Shown here in pieces: positions 58,509 to 64,000 of a stretch of DNA of 64,000 nt; within the stretch, counting starts at the first letter, position 1, and the number at the start of each line of letters is the position of its first letter. This DNA comes from a virus, in the IMG/VR virus record IMGVR_UViG_3300027924_001484, positions 4,166 through 68,165 of that record; one strand, written 5' to 3'. The notes beneath the pieces are model-generated. The model ran no database searches, was not told where the DNA came from, and saw only the letters and a program-made list of their open reading frames with translations. Made by a program: the position numbers and the translations under genes.

Positions 58509-59504
58509 TTACATACAGTGTTCAGTGTTGGCAAACCTACAGTACTTGCAGGACCACCTGTTCTTTACCACTCTGCCTTTTTTGACTTGGTTGACCATTG
58601 AGTTAACAGTAGCCAGAGCCTTTTCAAAACTCTTTGGTCCAACAGATACAGGAACCAGTTCACAGTGAGAGCCAGTCTTAGTTGGCTTTCTCTTTAGAAG
58701 AACAAAGCCACACTTGATGTCTTTGTAGTTCAGGTTCATCTTTTGGCAGTAGAAGATTTTGTATAGCATGATTTGAAGCTGCTTGTTAAAGTCTCTCTTT
58801 TTATCTGCTGTCCAGCCCCACCCAGAAGTCTTCCAGTCTAGAACATAGTATTCCCATTGACCTGGGACTTCTTCGTACTCTGCACTCTCTTCTTCTTGTA
58901 CGATGTCGGATAATCTAAGACCCTTGGCTTTAGCAGATGCAACCTTTGGTTTCCTCTTCTTACGACGCTTTGGAACCTTGATGAAGGCATCTACAAACCC
59001 CTTGAAAGAAACATCTTCTTGTCCAGGAATTTTTTCGTAAAGCAAGTCTTCTGTGGCTACAGTAACCCACCCAGGGAATGTTTCATCTAGCCACTTTGGC
59101 GCATCAAACAAAAGCTTTGGCATTGCATTGTGAAACTCAACAGACATGTCATCAAGCTTTTTTTGCTCAGCTTGGTCTTCTAGTCTTGGAAGAGCATCAT
59201 ATTTTAGCATAAAAGCTTGTTGGTATGGACCAGGATTAATTGGTGAACGAGACTCTACTGAGAGGTTTAGGTAATCTTCCATGGCATCATGGATTACCTG
59301 ACCAAACTCTGTGTGGACTGTTGGTCCGTCAAAGTTCAACTTATCAATGTGTTTTAGTTTGTGTCTCCAAGAACACTCAATCCAATCAAATAGTTCTGAA
59401 TAAGAAATGTGCGGTTTGCCTGTTGGGAAAACCAATTCTTTGATATCTGCTTGTTCTGTTTCTTGAATTACTGGGAGGTTTATGTTTGTACTTTTCATGT
59501 ACAT
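58509..59504 (-). CDS. PD-(D/E)xK nuclease, Cas4/RecB(AddB)-like with Fe-S cysteines
   Basis: HISYSEL...C; FGQVIH; FKGFVD; LDWKT; QIMLY; CKYCRF...C. Confidence 0.88.
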   Translation of the reverse strand: MYMKSTNINLPVIQETEQADIKELVFPTGKPHISYSELFDWIECSWRHKLKHIDKLNFDGPTVHTEFGQVIHDAMEDYLNLSVESRSPINPGPYQQAFMLKYDALPRLEDQAEQKKLDDMSVEFHNAMPKLLFDAPKWLDETFPGWVTVATEDLLYEKIPGQEDVSFKGFVDAFIKVPKRRKKRKPKVASAKAKGLRLSDIVQEEESAEYEEVPGQWEYYVLDWKTSGWGWTADKKRDFNKQLQIMLYKIFYCQKMNLNYKDIKCGFVLLKRKPTKTGSHCELVPVSVGPKSFEKALATVNSMVNQVKKGRVVKNRWSCKYCRFANTEHCM

Positions 59505-59528
59505 ATATGATAGTACAATTTGATTGAG

Positions 59529-60407
59529 TTATATACCAGTTAGAACTTTGTTCCAAAAGTCTTGTGGTTTGGTACGAAGACTGGACATCAAAAATTCTCT
59601 ATCTGTAACAAACCAGTCGTCATCCTTCATTTGTACAAGGTCACCTAGAATAAGCTTGAGTCCCAAAAGTTTTGCTTCAACTACAATTCTAGGGCACGTA
59701 TCAAACCCACAAGGGATGAAACACAAACCTTCATATTTTGCTAGAGTTGCAACAAACTCCAAATAAGGCAATCCACCAATTACATCATATGAAAGATTCC
59801 TAGATTTTAGGAAAGCTTCATTTTCTTTTTGGTTTTTAATCCAAGTAGTTCCTCCAAGGACTGCCCACTTTCCGTTCTTCTTTTTGTTTGTAGACTCTAA
59901 CTCTTCAAGGCTATCCAAGTGTTCCTTTGACCACGTAGAACCTTGAACAAGCAAGTTGTCATAAGTTCTCATCGCAGGAAAAAGTCTATAGTACTCATTG
60001 AGTTGACCCTGAGACATGAAAAATGTCTTCTGCGATCTCTTCATTAGACCTTTAGTAAGTTTTCCTGGTATCTTAGAAAGATGGCAGTCACAGTCTACAC
60101 CTTCCTGAATCTTGTGCAGGTGACTTGAACGAAACTTACAATACTTGTAGTCGCACTCAATCATCCAGAACTTGTTGTTTGGATTTGAACCAAGTTCTTG
60201 CAGAGCTTCTGTTGGAGCCTGAGTATAGTTTACTAAAACCCACTCAACTTCTGGATGATTTTCAACTAACTCTGGAGTAAAGTTTTTGCTGTGCAGTTTC
60301 CTAACAGGAAACGGGCAAGTCTGAATCAGAGCTTCCATTGTTAGCTCTGCTCCACCTCTTGCATAATCTTCTATAAAGAAGTCACTTACAAAAACAAATG
60401 ATCTCAT
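59529..60407 (-). CDS. Glycosyltransferase, GT-B-like
   Basis: GGAELT; DTCPRIVVEAKLLG. Confidence 0.75.
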   Translation of the reverse strand: MRSFVFVSDFFIEDYARGGAELTMEALIQTCPFPVRKLHSKNFTPELVENHPEVEWVLVNYTQAPTEALQELGSNPNNKFWMIECDYKYCKFRSSHLHKIQEGVDCDCHLSKIPGKLTKGLMKRSQKTFFMSQGQLNEYYRLFPAMRTYDNLLVQGSTWSKEHLDSLEELESTNKKKNGKWAVLGGTTWIKNQKENEAFLKSRNLSYDVIGGLPYLEFVATLAKYEGLCFIPCGFDTCPRIVVEAKLLGLKLILGDLVQMKDDDWFVTDREFLMSSLRTKPQDFWNKVLTGI

Positions 60408-60419
60408 GAGATTGTTTAT

Positions 60420-62372
60420 TCAAACCTCCAAAGGAGTCGAGTTCTTCTTTAGAAGTTCTGCCAGCTCATTGATTTCTTGAATAGCTTTCTTGGTGTCTTC
60501 CTCTTCTTGAGATAGCTTTGGAGTAGCTGGCAAAGGCTCTTCTGTTGGTTGTTCAACACTTGAAGTCTCTGTAATAGGTAATGCGGGCGCTTCGGCTTCG
60601 ACAACATCTTCTGTCTTCTTAGAAAGATCAACAATGGTGATATTCACTTGCATGTCTTCATCAGACAATCCGTATGGCTTGTTATCTCTCAGCAAAATCT
60701 CTGCTCGTCCAAGTAACAGTCCAACAGAGATATCTTCAAAAAAGATATCTCGTTCAATCTTGGGCTCGTAACGAGACTCTACGAAAAGCTTGTCTCCTTG
60801 CACGTCAATGTCTAGAATCGTCCATTGTTCAGGAATCCAACCCTTGCCTTCAACCATTGCACAAAGCCCAATGACATCTCCAACCTCAAAAGAATCAAAC
60901 AGCTCTGCTGTTGCTTCCTCGTCATAGATTAGCTCACCAGTTGCAAGCTTTGAAAATTCATCATCATCTAGGCACTCTAGTGCCTGCATGACAGCATTCA
61001 TGGTTTCCATGGTTGGACGACCATTGTACATGCGTTCGTTTGGGTGATTCTTTCGAGTAAACTTGATGCTGGTGTTATCAGAAATTTTTACGGTCATGTT
61101 CGTTTGGTTTGCTATAGAAGTGGTTTTAGATTGGGCAACAGTACTTGTTGCATTGCTATACTTAGATGATACCACATTTTGAGCTTGTTGTAAAGGCAAT
61201 AAAGAGATATTCCACACATTTCCTTTATTGGTTCTTGACCTAGAAAACCCCAAGGATTCTAGTTTCTTGGCTAGAAGTTGTGGTCTGTAGTTTGAAAACG
61301 ACGAAAGTCCATTTGATTGCATGAATTGATTTCGTTCGTTTATTATTGTGGACAGAGGAATACCAACAGAAAGATCAGGTAGTTTATCAAGTAGAGAGAA
61401 AAACTTTTCATCAAGACTAGAAATTAGTGTCTTTGTTTCGGTATCAATCTTTTGTCCCCTCACCTCTTTCCACTTGAAAAATTCAGCATTTACGTTGTCA
61501 TGACTTGTGTTGAATGGCTCGTATTTCATAACAGACCCAATTATTTTTTGGAGTTCGTCATCTGTTATATCTTCGTTGTTTGCACACCTTTGCCTGTATA
61601 CTTGTGACTGAAGCTCTAGGTGTTGTCTATCGTATCCTTTTGCCCGGTCAGAACTAAGCAACCTGTGTATTACAGAATTCCTAACTCCGCTAGGAATTAC
61701 AGCAGTTGGAGACTTTAGCAAGTTCCTGATTTGTGGAATGGTCATGACAGACCACAAGCTATAAATCTTCTTGTCTACTTTTGGTTTGGCTTCTATAACA
61801 GACTTTATCGTTGGTGTCTTTTTGGCTTTGATGAAGTCAACAATGAAATCAGGTAAGTCTGCAATGGAATTCGAAAAGTTAGTGAACGAATAGGAATTGC
61901 CAGATTTGTGTTTGCTTGGTGGAACAACTACATAGCCATCTTTTCCTCGAATATCAACTTTAGGAGCAAGCCCAGACACAGAGTTCCGTACTGGATACTT
62001 TGACCAGTACCAATAGTGAAAGCCTCCAGATCCTGTTTTGTAGGACAATGTGGCTGGAAGAGTTTTTAAAATTGGGTGACTGGAATCATCCACATCAACA
62101 ACAGTAAGGTATTTACCTGTTATAGAAGATTTCCTGCCTGTGGCAATTCCAAAGTTAATATCAGAATTTGCTGTGTAGTACTTAGAAACCTTGTCTAGGT
62201 CATTAGTAGCTATAGTCTTCCAATTGAATTTCACATATGGATGCTTGCCTGGGGATGAACACTTTTGATTATTGCAAGTACATGTCTTAGTCTTTTTGTT
62301 GTAAGAGTGAAGAGGAATAAAATACAGGTCATGCGTCTGAACTAGATTGGATATAATCTCTAGCCTCGACAT
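60420..62372 (-). CDS. Bifunctional primase-polymerase (Prim-Pol) with PriCT-like domain and unknown C terminus
   Basis: CTC...C.SPGKHP; NFGIATG; VVDVD; TGSGGFHYWY; VDIRGKDGYVVVPPSKH.SG..Y; PSGVRNS; start uncertain (ATG 62372 or GTG 62435). Confidence 0.85.
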   Translation of the reverse strand: MSRLEIISNLVQTHDLYFIPLHSYNKKTKTCTCNNQKCSSPGKHPYVKFNWKTIATNDLDKVSKYYTANSDINFGIATGRKSSITGKYLTVVDVDDSSHPILKTLPATLSYKTGSGGFHYWYWSKYPVRNSVSGLAPKVDIRGKDGYVVVPPSKHKSGNSYSFTNFSNSIADLPDFIVDFIKAKKTPTIKSVIEAKPKVDKKIYSLWSVMTIPQIRNLLKSPTAVIPSGVRNSVIHRLLSSDRAKGYDRQHLELQSQVYRQRCANNEDITDDELQKIIGSVMKYEPFNTSHDNVNAEFFKWKEVRGQKIDTETKTLISSLDEKFFSLLDKLPDLSVGIPLSTIINERNQFMQSNGLSSFSNYRPQLLAKKLESLGFSRSRTNKGNVWNISLLPLQQAQNVVSSKYSNATSTVAQSKTTSIANQTNMTVKISDNTSIKFTRKNHPNERMYNGRPTMETMNAVMQALECLDDDEFSKLATGELIYDEEATAELFDSFEVGDVIGLCAMVEGKGWIPEQWTILDIDVQGDKLFVESRYEPKIERDIFFEDISVGLLLGRAEILLRDNKPYGLSDEDMQVNITIVDLSKKTEDVVEAEAPALPITETSSVEQPTEEPLPATPKLSQEEEDTKKAIQEINELAELLKKNSTPLEV

Positions 62373-62457
62373 GTCATGACTGTCAATTGGTGTATTTGTT
62401 AGTGGTGTCACGTTGAACAAGTACCACACTAGCACCTTTCTATTCTAGGATATACTA

Positions 62458-62500
62458 CTATGGTAGTCTTCCACTTATAGAGTATTAGAGACTACCATAG
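62458..62500. repeat. 12-bp perfect inverted repeat with 19-nt spacer
   Basis: ctatggtagtct (62458-62469) ... agactaccatag (62489-62500). Confidence 0.85.
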
Positions 62501-62525
62501 CTACAAGATTACCAAATAAGGTTGA

Positions 62526-62606
62526 TTAACTGAACTGTGCCACAAGCTCCGCGTCCATGGCTGCGATGACCTCAGCGCACTCCTGCTCTGTGCCGTGGAA
62601 GCGCAT
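62526..62606 (-). pseudogene. 26-aa high-GC ORF, probable truncated passenger gene
   Basis: TGATG-coupled MRFHGTEQECAEVIAAMDAELVAQFS, ending where GC drops. Confidence 0.45.
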
Positions 62607-63298
62607 CAGACGCCCCACTCCTGCGTGATGTAGTCCTCGACTGCGGTGTTTCGCGCGGCGTTGTAGATGGCGAGAAACAGGATGTGACCGTTGAAGTGCA
62701 GTCCAGTTCCTGCATTGTTAGCCCCGATGACCACGCCGCCGCCAACCGCACGGTTGACCGTGAATCCGGCTGTCGAGCCCACCGTGCCGTTTACCCACAC
62801 GCGTGCTGACCCTGTCGTGCACTCAAACGCCAGACGCGCTAATCCCGTCGTGGCGACGATGCCCGAGTCTCTATCGGTGCCGTCGTGCACTCCATACTGC
62901 GTGCCAGCCATGTGACCGAACATCATTCGGCCCGTCTGTACATCAAATAGAGATGCGTAGCCTGCGGCGGCCGTTGCATTTTTTACGCAGTAGACGGTTT
63001 TGATTCCAGCAGATGCGCTGATGCTCGGCACATTGAGAGCTGTGGCACCTGCGTTAGAGAAGAGCAGTGACGGGAATCCCGCAGTCGAACTTACCACTGG
63101 ACGCTTGCCCGCTGTACTCTGCGACGCATGCCACCCGTTGCCGCTTTGATCCGCCCACGCGGAGCACGCACCCGACACGTTGGTCACGCCGACACGCGCG
63201 TCCCAAGCCGCGAGCAGGCTCGTGGTCGGCAGGGTGAGCGGAGCTGGAGTAGCTCTAGCACCTGCCTGAGCAATCAGCCCTGTAGCAGGCAACATCAT
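62606..63298 (-). CDS. ConA/LamG-like lectin-fold protein, high GC
   Basis: LLAAWDA...SAWADQSGNGWHASQ...RP; VWVNG; FNGHI...IYN; start at the ATGA overlap (MMLPATG). Confidence 0.75.
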   Translation of the reverse strand: MMLPATGLIAQAGARATPAPLTLPTTSLLAAWDARVGVTNVSGACSAWADQSGNGWHASQSTAGKRPVVSSTAGFPSLLFSNAGATALNVPSISASAGIKTVYCVKNATAAAGYASLFDVQTGRMMFGHMAGTQYGVHDGTDRDSGIVATTGLARLAFECTTGSARVWVNGTVGSTAGFTVNRAVGGGVVIGANNAGTGLHFNGHILFLAIYNAARNTAVEDYITQEWGV

Positions 63299-63975
63299 GA
63301 TGTTACACCTGCACACCACACGATAGCATCGCTTCTCTTCACCATAGATACTGCACCATAGTTAGCTGTGATTTCCACAACCCCGGCAGTTACAGCAGGT
63401 CCAACAAGAGTAGTTGCAGCAGTACCAGAGATAATCAAAGAACTAGCGCCTTCTCTTACAAGAAGAGTTGACCAGCCTGTGGAAAGAGTAGAACCAGATG
63501 TTATGAGAGTTATTGCACTTGTTGTATCAAAAAAGACAACCTTGCCTGCATCACCATCATTAAGGTCTCTAGATGTACTTCCAGAAGTTGGATTAACCAA
63601 CACGGTTCCGTCAACCGACAGGTTTCCAGAGATATGAAGATCGCCACCAAATGCTACTGTTCCTCTATTTGAGGTACCTCTACTGCCCATGGTTCCAGAT
63701 ACAAAGAAAAATACATCACTGCCTACAGAACTAGGAAAAACAGTGTTTAAATCACTCGTTATGGAAAATCCATGCGCAGAGTAAACCATACTTCCAGAGT
63801 CTTTAACGGTGCCTACGACGGTTCCAGCACCTGGAATTAGGAAAATACTCGTTACAGTTCCATCTCCAATTGAGATAGATTCAGTATCACCAAAAAAGCT
63901 TGTGCCCAACCTAATCAAGTTTACATCTGTTGAGTCTGCTGAGTCTCTAGACACAAGTAAGTTGGCATATGGCAT
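63295..63975 (-). CDS. Tail fibre-like protein
   Basis: DVFFFVSGT...FGGDLHISGNL fibre repeat; C-terminal DAGKVV...W small module. Confidence 0.6.
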   Translation of the reverse strand: MPYANLLVSRDSADSTDVNLIRLGTSFFGDTESISIGDGTVTSIFLIPGAGTVVGTVKDSGSMVYSAHGFSITSDLNTVFPSSVGSDVFFFVSGTMGSRGTSNRGTVAFGGDLHISGNLSVDGTVLVNPTSGSTSRDLNDGDAGKVVFFDTTSAITLITSGSTLSTGWSTLLVREGASSLIISGTAATTLVGPAVTAGVVEITANYGAVSMVKRSDAIVWCAGVTS

Positions 63976-64000
63976 TGCTATTGCATTATTTGGATCGACA

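Noticed and set aside
58509..59504. Cas4 as part of a CRISPR system
   Set aside because: No repeat-spacer array or other cas genes seen; solo Cas4-like nucleases are common in phages
36859..60407. Bacterial O-antigen or capsule locus
   Set aside because: No wzx, wzy, wzz, ABC exporter or initiating transferase; interleaved with phage-type small genes and a homing endonuclease
24..63637. Numerous plus-strand ORFs of 60-150 aa
   Set aside because: All lie antisense to longer, motif-bearing minus-strand genes; shadow ORFs
1..64000. Stop-codon reassignment, tRNA/rRNA genes, Rho-independent terminators
   Set aside because: TAA, TAG and TGA all end full-length genes; no cloverleaf or convincing stem plus U-tract found by eye

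Overview
This window is 64 kb of a large (jumbo-type) tailed dsDNA phage. It is AT-rich, uses the standard code, and essentially all real genes are on the minus strand, tightly packed with ATGA overlaps and Shine-Dalgarno sites. Left half (~0.6-34.5 kb): virion tail/baseplate module, with T4 gp6-like and gp25-like wedge proteins, a gp5-like hub, LamG, beta-propeller, beta-helix and collagen-like proteins. Middle: a gp55-like late sigma factor. Right half (~36.9-60.4 kb): a phage-encoded glycan locus (about 10 glycosyltransferases, gmd, fcl, two more epimerases, a sulfotransferase, three methyltransferase-like genes) interleaved with two arrays of small paralogs. A Cas4/RecB-like nuclease, a Prim-Pol and tail-fibre genes with a high-GC graft follow. 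There are four free-standing homing endonucleases. Most notable: (1) an array of small GDLxW-domain proteins whose tails look like fragments of a T4-type major capsid protein, one matching the Gol peptide, which are candidate decoys against capsid-sensing defences; (2) the glycan locus together with a striking [ST]-[GAS]-[ST] enrichment in virion proteins, a candidate virion O-glycosylation system; (3) a GIY-YIG cassette bounded by an exact 45-bp duplication of the sigma gene 3' end; (4) a recurring (A/C)TAnTTA late-promoter-like motif, often 5 nt before ATG. All family calls come from motif recognition, not database searches.
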